Assembly (NCBI GenBank): GCA_950097015.1 | Contig: CATNEN010000001.1 | Location: 22,258,001 to 22,322,000 of the forward strand | From: Macrostomum hystrix | Taxonomy: Eukaryota > Animalia > Platyhelminthes | Length of the DNA: 64,000 nucleotides | Direction: 5' to 3' | In this document: piece by piece, positions 1-11,159 of the stretch | Position numbering within the stretch: position 1 is the first letter of the stretch | How the letters are laid out: each line of letters starts with the position of its first letter | Program-made: the position numbers and the translations under genes | The notes under the pieces: generated by a model | The model's input: only the letters and a program-made list of their open reading frames with translations | Told to the model about the DNA's origin: nothing | The model's database searches: none

Positions 1-85
1 CGCTGCTAAAAAGCAGAATTTTTCTATTGCAGCGAATATGTTGACAAACGTAGAATGGCTTCCCTCCCGGTCGCAAGTGACGCAC

Positions 86-499
86 CCATCCTGTCGATGT
101 GGTCGGACATGGACAGTGTCACGACTATGAGCACGACGCACATTGCTAGAAGCAGAAACGCCACGGCCATCACCACCCGAGCGACTCGCTTCTGTTTGGC
201 TGTGGGTCGATCGTCGGATTCCAGGCCGGCGGTGGCAAAGTTGCCGCACAGCGAGCCACCTTCAGCCAGGTCATGCCCGGCTGCCGTGTCCGCGGCCTGC
301 GGAGCAACCAGGCGAGACAGCCGTGCCTGCTGAAGCTGCATGGCCGAGTCCTGATTGCCGAACAAAGCCAGGGCGGTGTTGGCTTGCGAAGGTCCGTAGG
401 TGGTCGCTCCACCGAACTCGGCGGTCGTGTTGTTATCACAATCGCTTGGCGGCTCGGGCACACAGGATACGGACATTGGGTGTTGTGAAACGCTTTCAC
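86..499 (-). CDS. Exon of a small single-pass membrane protein; gene probably continues beyond the left window edge
   Basis: CAG acceptor at 500-502 and GT donor near 85. The open frame ends in a basic patch plus hydrophobic helix (KQKRVARVVMAVAFLLLAMCVVLIVVTLSMSDHIDRM). Confidence 0.55.
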
Positions 500-2885
500 C
501 TGGAGTTTTACAGTGAAAGCATTTCAATCCGAATTGCTGGCTTAACGCACTGCGTCAGAGTGATTCTAGTTTGCAGTCCTGAGCACAGAATATTCACAGT
601 CGACTCACAGCCAGTGACGAGGCAGTTCTGCACAATCCGCTTACCCTTGAGCACACACTCACACTCACGTCCTGATTGACGATTGACGCCCCTTCTGGTA
701 TCGCCTGCTCAGTGTGAAAGCGTTCAGGAGAGCTGGTAGGCTATTATTTAGAACTTCGGACTTTTCACCAAGATGTCGGGAGTTCGAAACTCAGCCGAAG
801 GGATTTATTGATCCCTAATGTCCCCTACTTTTTCAGCAGTCCACGGACTAAATAGTTGTACACAGCTGCGGCTGCGCCACTGACATTAGACCTGGACAAA
901 ATTCTCAACCGCTTGCATTCAGCCCTTCCATTCAGCAATGTAATGAGTAAACAAACTTACCTCGAGTTTAAATGAACCAAAAATAATGCTGCTTTGGCAT
1001 TAAAGTACTACATCTAATAGCATCACTGGTCGGTCGGTGTCTAGATTGGCCAGCTAGCCTTTTATATTTATAATCGATATATTAGAAAAAACTGCCAGGG
1101 CTTTTGAATCCAATTTCAAGTTATAAAGATTGGGACTGGCGACGGACCCGGCTTGGGCGATACCGAGGGCGCCTGCCTATATAGATCAGATAGTCGACTA
1201 ATTTTTCGGGTTGGATTTTCACTTTTCCCCTTCTTTTACGCCTGCTGCGCCGCTGTTGCAGAAAATGAGGGAGGCGGGGCGGAGGAGAGAAAGGGAAGGA
1301 AGAATTTGTTCCTGAGAGGGCCGCAGGAGCAACAGTGGTTGCCGCGCGGCACGCAGGCTTTCACTGGGGCCTGTAGTGTGCCTATAGGTAGGCGGGCAGC
1401 TATAAGTGAGAGGTGCAGAGGACGAAACGTCGAGCGCGAGGGATGAAAGTGACGAGAAGTGAGCTGACTGCTTCTACTCGTATGAGGCTGCAGAGGCGTC
1501 GGCACTCTCGCGAGGCGCAGGCTAAGGAGATCGGGACGAAGGGAGGGAGAGAGGGAGGCAGGAAGGGAGTTTGTGTCGAGTTTGTGGAAATCTCCTCAGT
1601 GGCTTCGTACAGCCAAGGGGATGCGGGGAGAGTGTGAAAGTGAGGGAAATAATTTGGTAGGGAAGTGAGGTGAGAGAATGTCTCGAGTTGAACGCAGGCA
1701 CACTCTAGGGAGGTGCGAGGAATAGGATGATAGGTGCGCGAACTTGAGAACGAGGGGCAAAGTAATTAGCCAGAAAATAGATGGCAAACCATCGAGGGGC
1801 CTTGCAGAGGCGTCGAGAGCCGCATAGAGCTCTGAAACTGAGGTGCTGGGCGTCATCTCAGCTCAGAGAGGCTGTCATCGATTGAGCATAAGCTGCTGTG
1901 GTGCAGTTCGGAGTTATTTTTATCGATTTAGTCATTGAAAACCCCGACTTGTGAGTGCCATCGAGCGCATATCATGCATGGCAACCTCGATAAGTAGTAA
2001 AATTGGTGATCTTGAATTTGTCAAAGTCGATGTAAGATCTCCGCTCCACGTTGTTGTCCTATTTCACATTGTAGGAAGGGTATCTTGTCGTTCAGGGAAG
2101 GTCCATGACTATATAATTGCTATTGTTGTGAAAGCAGGAGGACTGTGGGCACTAGCAGATCATTTGGTGTCAGTGTAGCAGCAGCCAGTGAGATCGCAAT
2201 TTTGACCATAACGTCCCGCGAAAGCACACATGCACATGGATGCGTACAAAGGAAAACACTTACACAGGTGAGGGTACACATCTGCAATGAGCTTTTTTAT
2301 TATCATATAGTCTAGCCAATAAGTAAGTCAAAATAAAAGAGATTTTATCTTAGACAATTAGCAGTCAGGGTGCAATAATGGGAGCTAATCTTAGTCTTGA
2401 ATAAATGATTGCCGCCACACACACGCGTACACACACTCGTACCAAACACTAAAACTTAGTCTATGGCCAATCTTCGATGATAACTATGAGCGGTACATGT
2501 ACGCAATAAAAATATGAAAGCGGTACGCAATAATCGTGACGCAATGATTAGCCCGTAGAATAATCAGTGTGCAATAACGCTCCTGTCTATGGCAGAGCCC
2601 CACTGTTGGCTAGTCAATATGACAATGTGATAGAAGCAAGGCGTTATTGTACGTACTTGCAAGCTATGCAATATCTTAGGAGCCTGAAAATTATTTTCAG
2701 CCCATGGAGCAGCCTGGGCTAATCTGATATTTCTTAAACTAGACTCTCATAATAAAAAGATAAAAAAAGCTGTGCATTAGTCAAAAATGTTAGATTAAAT
2801 TCATTCATAGTCATGGCAACGAACAATTCTCTGATTAAAAGAAAGAGTCGCACCACTTGCAAAGCCTCCAGCTATAATGGAAAAC

Positions 2886-3478
2886 ATGAGACACGGGAGA
2901 GATGAGACATCTCTCCATGTCTCATCTCTCCGTGTCTCATCTCTCCCGTGTCTCATCTCTCCCGTGTCTCATCTCTCCCGTGTCTCATCTCTCCCGTGTC
3001 TCATCTCTCCGTGTCTCATCTCTCCCGTGTCGCATCTCTCCCGTGTCTCATCCCTCCCGTGTCTCATCTCTCCCGTGTCTCATCTCTCCCGTGTCTCATC
3101 TCTCCCGTGTCTCATCTCTCCGTGTCTCATCTCTCCCGTGTCGCATCTCTCCCGTGTCTCATCTCTCCCGTGTCTCATCTCTCCCGTGTCTCATCTCTCT
3201 CGTGTCTCATCTCTCCCGTGTCTCATCTCTCCATGTCTCATCTCTCCGTGTCTCATCTCTCCCGTGTCTCATCTCTCCCGTGTCTCATCTCTCCCGTGTC
3301 TCATCTCTCCGTGTCTCATCTCTCCCGTGTCTCATCTCTCCCGTGTCTCATCTCTCCCGTGTCTCATCTCTCCTGTGTCTCATCTCTCCTGTGTCTCATC
3401 TCTCCCGTGTCTCATCTCTCCCGTGTTTCATCTCTCCCGTGTCTCATCTCTCCCGTGTCTCATCTCTCCCGTGTCTCT
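2886..3478 (+). repeat. 17-bp minisatellite (CCCGTGTCTCATCTCTC), with 16-bp variants and an inverted unit at the left edge
   Basis: Direct tandem units 2905-3478; reverse-complement unit(s) at 2886-2909. Confidence 0.95.
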
Positions 3479-3495
3479 GTCTCGTCATTGCTACT

Positions 3496-3568
3496 GTCAA
3501 TGCGGCACACAGTCGTCTATAGGATCCTCTGTATGGCGAGTGAGGTTATGCAAGCTTGCCAACCCATG
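3496..3568. mobile_element. hAT-like (Buster/Charlie) terminal segment next to the 17-bp array
   Basis: GTCAATGCGGCACAC subterminal motif. AAGCTTGCCAACCCATG (3552-3568) matches the TIR at 21691 at 14/17. Following 8-mer ggtTAata fits nnnTAnnn. Confidence 0.6.
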
Positions 3569-3722
3569 GGTTAATAGCGTTAGATTTGCCAGCGAAAGCT
3601 TTTTCCACGCTAAAAACTTGATTAAGAATGATAAATGAGTTAATGATTACTAAAAGTATTTTTAGTGCTTATCTCGCGTTCACCAATTCAAGTTGGTACC
3701 AGAACTACCTCTCGGCATAGAC

Positions 3723-5873
3723 TTAATCGTGAGACTCCAGGTACGCTATTTCCGATTGATACCGTTGCACTTGTCTCTTCAGTTCTGCTAGTTTAGTCCT
3801 CTTGTTGGACTCCAGGCGCAAGCTTGCTAGTTGCTCCTCAAGACCAAGGGCTGCACTCAGCCCCATCAGTCGGGCAGCCTCAACCCTATCGGCAAGTCCA
3901 TTCATACGATTGATTGACTCGTTGATGTTGCTCATGCGCCGATGAAAGTCGCTGGCCAACCTCTCGAGTTGGCTAGCGTGCCTGAAAAATAGTCAGTGGC
4001 TTTTTTGATTTAATGCTTTCAAGTTACTCTATTTTAACTACGCTCATGGGAATGCGTTGCTTAAGTGCATTCCTGAGTCAGTTGACAAATTCTTAACACC
4101 TCTTATTAACCATTGCTGTTACACTTTCAAACTTTATTTAGGCGTTACATTAATAATAATTGCAGGAGGGCTGCGGGCAATGGCACACCGTTTAGTGACA
4201 CTAGACCCCGCAGCCTGCGAGAAGACAATATTGCCCATTTCGCTGACTCCAGAGCACACAAAGAGATACTGTACGCAGGCAAACGCTCACGCCGGTGTGC
4301 ACATCTGCCCTGACTTTCTCATGGTCAGGCAGTGTACTCTTTCACTGTACACTCTCACTGTACCTTGGAGGTTGGCCCTCAAGGGCGTAAATTGCACGAC
4401 AAGCCCCCAAGCCTTCTCTCCGCGGCTGCGCCTCAAATAAATGTGGCCTCGCCGCAGAATCGAGCTCATGGACGCAGGTGCGAGAGGCAAGCGCGTTAGG
4501 CGCTCTGCCACTGACCCCCTTCCGAGGAACTTTGCCCGCCATGATTCACCTTTACATTCCTAAACATAGCATGGCATTGCAAAGTAACTCTTGCTCGTTT
4601 GGGAAACGAAGCCTCGTTTGCGAAAAATTCCCAAGACTGGAAAATTTTGCACTGGCAGGAAAATCACAGATGAGAATGAGACCACGGGAAAGTCTTGGCG
4701 AGGAGTTCATGCGGGGAACTTTTGTGGGAAAAGCTCCTTTCCTACGGGAAAGGCTCCTGCGGGAAAGGCTCCTGCGGGAAAGGCTCCTGCGGGAAAGGCT
4801 CCTGCGGGAAAGGCTCCTGTGGGAAAGGCTCCTGTGGGAAAGGCTCCTGTGGGAAAGGCTCCTGTGGGAAAGGCTCCTGCGGGAAAGGCTCCTGTGGGAA
4901 AGGCTCCTGTGGGAAAGGCTCCTGTGGGAAAGGCTCCTACGGGAAAGGCTCCTGCGGGAAAGGCTCCTGTGGGAAAGGCTCCTACGGGAAAGGCTCCTGC
5001 GGGAAAGGCTCCTACGGGAAAGGCTCCTGCGGGAAAGGCTCCTGCGGGAAAGGCTCCTGCGGGAAAGGCTCCCGCGGGAAAGGCTCCTGCGGGAAAGGCT
5101 CCTGCGGGAAAGGCTCCTGCGGGAAAGGCTCCTGCGGGAAAGGCTCGAGAAACCCTGAGAAACAACTCTGACTGATTGCACCATGAATACACAAGAATGC
5201 TTAGCCAGTTTGCAAGCTTTTGTTGCATTCGAAAGCTAAAATTAACTCACTTCTTGGTGGCTGCGGCAGCGGCAGCAGCGCCCGCACCCAGCACTGCAGT
5301 ACCGATCAGCGAGAGGCCGCCGGTAAAGAAAGCCGCCACTCCGCAGGCGACGGCGCCGGCTCCCATGGCGCCGGATACAGAGTAGCCGCCGATTTTAGTC
5401 TTTCTGGCGCCGGCCTGGGCTCTCTGAGCGGCCGACTGCAGGCTGCTGTACAGATCGTGCGCGGTGTTCAAAGCATCGTTGAATCGCTCGCGAAATATAT
5501 TGTAACTGCTCTCACACGAGCTGCCATAGCTCAAATGATCTTCAACGCGCCGCTTGAACTCAATCAGCTGCCAGGCGTCAAGCCTTTTTAGGCTGACTAC
5601 CATCTGCAACTCGCTCGAAATCTGCTGCCAGCGGCTCGACAAGTTGCGAAACATTTCCTGCGTCCGCTTGCCCTGGAATTGCACTTCCTTTTCGGCCGAC
5701 GCAAAGTAGTACAATTGCTGCCGGTCAATGTTTGTCATCTCGGTCTCCAAGGACATTCTAAGTTGGGAGAAATCTCCAGCGACTACACCGACAACTCTGC
5801 AGACATTCTGCGCCGTGCTGCTGATACCGGAGCCGATGTCAATGATCTGTGAGAGCACATCGAAAACTTCCAT
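3723..5873 (-). CDS. Two-exon gene (5251-5873, 3723-3981), ~293 aa helical protein with a central Gly/Ala hydrophobic hairpin; apolipoprotein-L / alpha-pore-former-like
   Basis: AA|GTGAGT donor and CAG|G acceptor join two ORFs in frame. [38 protein letters not shown] sits between predicted coiled-coil segments. Confidence 0.7.
4150..4519 (-). mobile_element. SINE family 1, full length (tRNA-derived head, (ATT)n tail), intronic
   Basis: Reverse-complement match to the copy at 9540-9900. Confidence 0.9.
4740..5147 (+). repeat. 15-bp minisatellite CCTGYGGGAAAGGCT
   Basis: About 27 direct units; degenerate units at 4684-4740. Confidence 0.95.
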
Positions 5874-6244
5874 AGCTAAAGCGAGATGGCAGATCTAGGT
5901 TTGTTCAAGGAAATTTAATTTGATGGGGCCGTTAGTGTATATATATACACTTTGCCTCAGCATCCTATAATTGATGCTGACGTGCAAAAGCGGAGAAAAT
6001 ATTGCCTGCCAGGTAAGAAGCTCAAATTAGTATGAAGGCAATTGCAAGCAAAGTACGAGTATCTACTCGTAAATACCTACTTAAAGATGTGCCATTTCTC
6101 TGCATAGCTGAGTTTTTTACTTTCTATCGGATACCATTTCATCATCGCTACAAATAGCAACAGATTTTTAGAACCTTCCAGAGCAATGTAGAAAAGCATC
6201 CTTTGGCTTCTTTTATGTTGAGTTAAAAAATGGAATGTATCGAA

Positions 6245-6547
6245 CAATGGCACATCATTTGGTCACACTAGACCCTCAGCCTGCGAGGAGGCAATTCTGT
6301 CTATTTCTCTGACTCCTGAGCACACACAGATACTGTACGCAGGCATACGCTCACACGGGTGTGTACATCTGCCCTGACTTTCTCATCGTCAGACAGTGTA
6401 CACTGTCACTGTGCCTTGGAGGTTGGCCCTCAAGGGCGTAAATTGCACGACAAGCCCCCAAGCCTTCTCTCCGCGGCTGCGCCCCAAATAAATGTGACCT
6501 CGCCGCGGATTCGAGCTCAGGGGCCTTGGTGCGAGAGGCTAACGTGC
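6245..6547 (-). mobile_element. SINE family 1, trimmed at both ends
   Basis: Shares the body with the other copies. Confidence 0.9.
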
Positions 6548-6984
6548 TCTTTCGCATTTAACAGCTTAAAGAAACTTTTAGTATCTTGTTGAAAATCTAA
6601 CCAAACATTAAAGATAGATTCAGTTTAAGATTGTTCAAATATTTTCACTAATCTAGAATATTTTCTTTGGTGCCTTAAAAATTTGAAAATTGTGAGATTC
6701 ACAGTCGTCAGTCAGATAAAACTACTAAGGTAACAGGCTTTGAGCATGTTCAGAGTTACTACTTATGTTAGTAGAGAATGGCGTTTGAGATGCCGCAGCT
6801 GGTAAAAAAATGAGATTGAAATTTCATTGAGATGCCCTTGCCATTTTCCCGCAATGTTTTTATATGTAGCTAACTTCCGTCCTACCTTTGGCATTGCGTC
6901 TTATGAACGTCAGTCCTGACAGAGAAATTTGAAGGGCTGGTCCTTTCGCTCATGCTGAAGTCTATCTTTCACCTGATTTAATGT

Positions 6985-7405
6985 CTGTCTGTCTGTCTCC
7001 CAGTGCTGAGTGACTGTCTGTCTCCCAGTGCTGGGTGTCTGTCAGTCTGTCTGTGCTGGGTGTCTGTCAGTCTGTGCTGGGTGTCTGTCAGTCTGTGCTG
7101 GGAGTCTCTCTGTCTGTCTGTGCTGAGTGTCTGTCAGTCTGTGCTGGGTGACTGTTTGTCTGTCTGTGCTGGGTGTCTGTCTGTGCTGGGAGTCTCTCTG
7201 TCTGTCTGTGCTGGGTGTCTGTCTGTCTGTGCTGGGTGTCTGTCTGTCTGTGCTGGGTGTCTGTCTGTCTATGCTGGGTGTCTGTCAGTCTGTGCTGGGT
7301 GACTGTTTGTCTGTCTGTGCTGGGTGTCTGTCTGTGCTGGGAGTCTCTCTGTCTGTCTGTGCTGGGTGTCTGTCTGTCTATGCTGGGTGTCTCTCTGTCT
7401 GTCAG
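6985..7405 (+). repeat. (TCTG)n-derived minisatellite GTCTGTCTGTGCTGGGT
   Basis: Tandem units of variable length. Confidence 0.9.
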
Positions 7406-7680
7406 TCTTCGAACAACCTCAATTCGCTGATTAATTGCAGAAAAAAAGAAAAATTATAACAAGTGAGTACATTTTCTATGCAAAAAGCTACAATAAATTC
7501 TAAACCAAACAGCTGGAAAAACTTTTTTTCTAGGAAAACATATAAGCAAAAATATTGCTCTTCATTGTTCTATGCACAATCATTGCATTTCTAGAATGTG
7601 AATTGCAAAAGTGCAAAATCCTAGCGACAGCACTTTCAAGCCGTGTTGTCACGTCGCTGAACCACTTTCTTAGCATCCTC

Positions 7681-8553
7681 TCAGGTCACTCGGAGGTCGG
7701 CCAAGGAGCGAAGGAAGTCGCGAACGGGCTGGTCCAACTCGAGCAGTCTGCGACGCTCCGCCTCAGCCCAAGCTCGACGCCGAGACGCGGCGTCCATTTG
7801 CTGATACGGCTGCAGCTGCTGCTGCTGCTGCTGTCTTTGCACGATTCCTGTAAAGAACGCTGAATGGCAGGATTGACTAGCAAGCCGAAGTCGCCTTTGC
7901 TCCTGTTGCTGTTGCTGCAGATCGCTGAACTTTGTGGCCGAAGCGGCCACAGTCTGCGGTCGTCTCCTCGTTGAGGATGCCGCGTTTGCGGCTGATCGAA
8001 GGCGTCGCAGACTCTCAGTGGTCGAAGCTGAGGAGCTCGAAGTCAGCGAGGACGTCTCGTAAATTTCGTCCTCAACTGGATCATCAAATTCTGTGTCAGA
8101 GCGGATAAACCTCCCGCTACCGGGGCCGACAGTCTTGCTGGTGGTGCAGGGTCGCCGGAGTCGCTGCAGAGAGTGCTTCTGCGTGAGCACTCCTCCGGCG
8201 TCGAGGCGTCTCTTAGCTGACAGGATAAGCTGGGCGGGTTCCAGGTGGGCGGGCCGCCTGTAGTAGCTGCAACCCGACGGCAGGCGGAGCTTGCCAGCGG
8301 CTTCCATTCGCCTGTAGCCGCTGCGCTCGTCATTCGTCAAGTGGCTACGCACGCGAGCGCTGCGAGTCTCCAACCGGCTGCGGCCGAGCTCCGCCAGCCG
8401 CTGGTTGGTCTCCAGGCAGCGCAGTCGGTAGCTGCGGTCGGCTTCGAGTCGGGCCCAGCTGCGAGAGAGCAGCCGGCGCTCCTTCATGTTGATGCGGCTG
8501 GCCGAGAGCTCGGCCTCCGAGTAGTGCAGCAGCGCCGAGCCTCGGTCCTCCAT
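7681..8553 (-). CDS. Single-exon 290-aa basic protein with N-terminal coiled coil and polyQ; function unknown (weak CCDC190-like impression)
   Basis: Long GC-rich ORF with CAG runs in AT-richer flanks. Confidence 0.7.
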   Translation of the reverse strand: MEDRGSALLHYSEAELSASRINMKERRLLSRSWARLEADRSYRLRCLETNQRLAELGRSRLETRSARVRSHLTNDERSGYRRMEAAGKLRLPSGCSYYRRPAHLEPAQLILSAKRRLDAGGVLTQKHSLQRLRRPCTTSKTVGPGSGRFIRSDTEFDDPVEDEIYETSSLTSSSSASTTESLRRLRSAANAASSTRRRPQTVAASATKFSDLQQQQQEQRRLRLASQSCHSAFFTGIVQRQQQQQQLQPYQQMDAASRRRAWAEAERRRLLELDQPVRDFLRSLADLRVT

Positions 8554-9539
8554 TCGGAAGGCCTCTTCATCTCTGCGGCATGACGGTGCGAAGGATAAGC
8601 GTGTGTTAGCTACTGTTTCCTTCAGAGCACTGGACTAGGCATACTTATTAAGGCAGAGCCAAAGTCAAATTTGTATTAGAAAAAAGCCTGCAATCAGCGT
8701 GATTGGTTGGACCCAATAAGGCCATCTTTTAGCCTCGAGCGCTCACATATTGAATTCTTATCTTAACCTTCTCGCCTTTTTTCTGGAAACTCAATGTTTT
8801 TTACAACAGCCAAGGCAGTGGCCTGTTAGCTGACGTGGGGGGACCCACCCTGGCTGCATCGTCAATTGCTAGCTAAGAAGTCTCAAGCTCTCCCTCTTCT
8901 TTCTGCTTGAGTCTGCACGTGAAGGCAACTTTTTTTCTGCTTCCGTTGGCTGGCATCCACGAGCCAGTAGACTGGCCTTACACGCAGTCTGTGCAGCTGG
9001 GACAAAGAAAATATAAGTGCGAGCTTGAGTTGAGAAATTCTCAATCGGCTGGTCTGACCTATTGTGCGCGTGGCGGTTGCTAGGCAGCTGTGCTCATTGT
9101 GCTGTAGATTGATGGCTGGGAAGTCTCTAGACACAGTGTGCTTCAGCTGCATTGATGAGAACTTGCCATATTCAGCAAGGAGACCGCATGTTTCCGTAAG
9201 ATGATGGCTAGAAACATGAGAGCAGCTCAATTGAGTCAACACGGAGCTGCTCATGGGCCAATGGACCGGGCATTGTGATAGGATCGGCTCCCAAATTCTG
9301 CTTGCTTGACGCTTTGGTTGGGAAGGGCTAAGATGGACAGGCAAACACTCGCAGCTAGCTATTGTACAAACATCTTAAATTGCATGGCTAGTGGCTCAAC
9401 CACAGCACTCCAAATGTAGTTACCTGTGCTTATATAGTGTTTATAACTTTCTAGTTATCAGTCAGTGGCAATATTAAACGCTGAGAGCATATTGGCTTTA
9501 TTTGAAATAGTTTTATGTAAAGATTAACACAACTACGAA

Positions 9540-9900
9540 GGGTCGGTGGCAGAGCAGTTAACGCATTTTCCTATCGCACCAAGGTCCCTAAGTTCGATTC
9601 CACGGCGAGGCCACATTCATTTGGGTCGCAGCCGCGGAGAGAAGGCTTGGGGGCTTGTCGTGCAATTTACGCACTAAGGGCCAACCTCCAAGGCACAGTG
9701 AGAGTGTACACTGCCTGACGATGAGAAAGTCAGGGCAGATGTACACACCTGTGTGAACGTGTGTCTACCTACAGTATCTGTGCGTGTGTGCTCAGGAGTC
9801 AGCGAAATGGGCAGAATTGCCTCCTCGCCGGCTGCATGTCCAGTGTCACCAAATTATGTGCCATTGCCCGCAGCCCTCCTACAAGTAATATTATTATTAA
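9540..9900 (+). mobile_element. SINE family 1, full-length reference copy
   Basis: A-box-like TGGCAGAGCAG, B-box AGTTCGATTCC, body with 16-bp hairpin at 9704-9746, ATT-repeat tail. Confidence 0.92.
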
Positions 9901-10024
9901 CACTACTACTAATCTATAGATGCACTACTCATAGTAAAGTATCAAACAAAATGTTAGAATCTGTAGAAAAAACTCTATATTTCTGATTGAAGCTTTTGAC
10001 TAATGTTTAAAAAAATTTAAAATC

Positions 10025-10510
10025 CAAAGTAATGGATTCATTTCTAGGAAGCTTGTGAAAGCGAACCGCTTACCTAGCCTCGCCGCGGATTTGACCCAAG
10101 GTAATGGATTCAATTCTAGGAAGCTTGTGAAAGCGAACCGCTTACCTAGCCTCGCCGCGGATTTGACCCAAAGTAATGGATTCATTTCTAGGAAGCTTGT
10201 GAAAGCGAACCGCTTACCTAGCCTCGCCGCGGATTTGACCCAAAGTAATGGATTCATTTCTAGGAAGCTTGTGAAAGCGAACCGCTTACCTAGCCTCGCC
10301 GCGGATTTGACCCAAAGTAATGGATTCATTTTTAGGAAGCTTGTGAAAGCGAACCGCTTACCTAGCCTCGCCGCGGATTTGAACCAAGGTAATGGATTCA
10401 TTTCTAGGAAGCTTGTGAAAGCGAACCGCTTACCTAGCCTCGCCGCGGATTTGACCCAAAGTAATGGATTCATTTCTAGGAAGCTTGTGAAAGCGAACCG
10501 CTTACCTAGC
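10025..10510. repeat. 72-bp tandem array (~6.7 units)
   Basis: GAAGCTTGTGAAAGCG recurs every 72 bp. Confidence 0.95.
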
Positions 10511-11159
10511 AAGCACTCAGGAAGACTATCTTTGAACGACTGACTCACCGCTTCGATGGCCAAATCTCGATTTGTTCTGAGTAATCCTGGTCCATTCTGC
10601 TGACAGTTGAGCTAGTGAATCTCGCTATGAATAGCACCAGTTTCAGGTGGAACTGGCAGACTTAAATAGGCGGTCAAACACAGACTTGCACTGCAGATTG
10701 ACAGCAAGGCAAGTTCTGAGAGCAGTTGCCACCCCCCCAGTTTGGATTACATCCGACGACAAAAAGATTAGAGCAGGGAGAGAGCATGGCAGTTCGGTGA
10801 GAGTGACGGAAATTGAGAACCCCCACATTGGGAGGAATGAAAACAAGCAAAGATTTTTTAGAGCACAGGAGCAGTAGGCAGCGAGCTTTTGCCAATTGGC
10901 GATGACAGAAAAGAAACAAGAAGCAGTTGAGCAAGTGTGACGTGGGCTTGAGAGCGGAGAAAGCTGGGGCCGTGTGGGTTCGCAAACGATGGGGTGGGTT
11001 TTTGTCCGACAGCCAGGCTTCTCTACAGCTAGCCGGCATTGTAAAATTGCAAATTACCTTTGAGCACTCGCCCAGCACTCCGCCCCTGCTCAGCCAGCCA
11101 GCCTCACGGGTTTTCAGCTCGCTGCTTTCAAACATTATTCTAAGCATATAGGCTGGAGA

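Noticed and set aside
1130-1870. Purine-rich GC segment resembling a decayed gag/LTR ORF on the minus strand
   Set aside because: No intact zinc knuckle, LTR or PBS could be identified.
8883-11147. Possible minus-strand spliced gene using the donor at ~10506 and an acceptor near 9357
   Set aside because: No recognisable protein or consistent long frame; needs transcript data.
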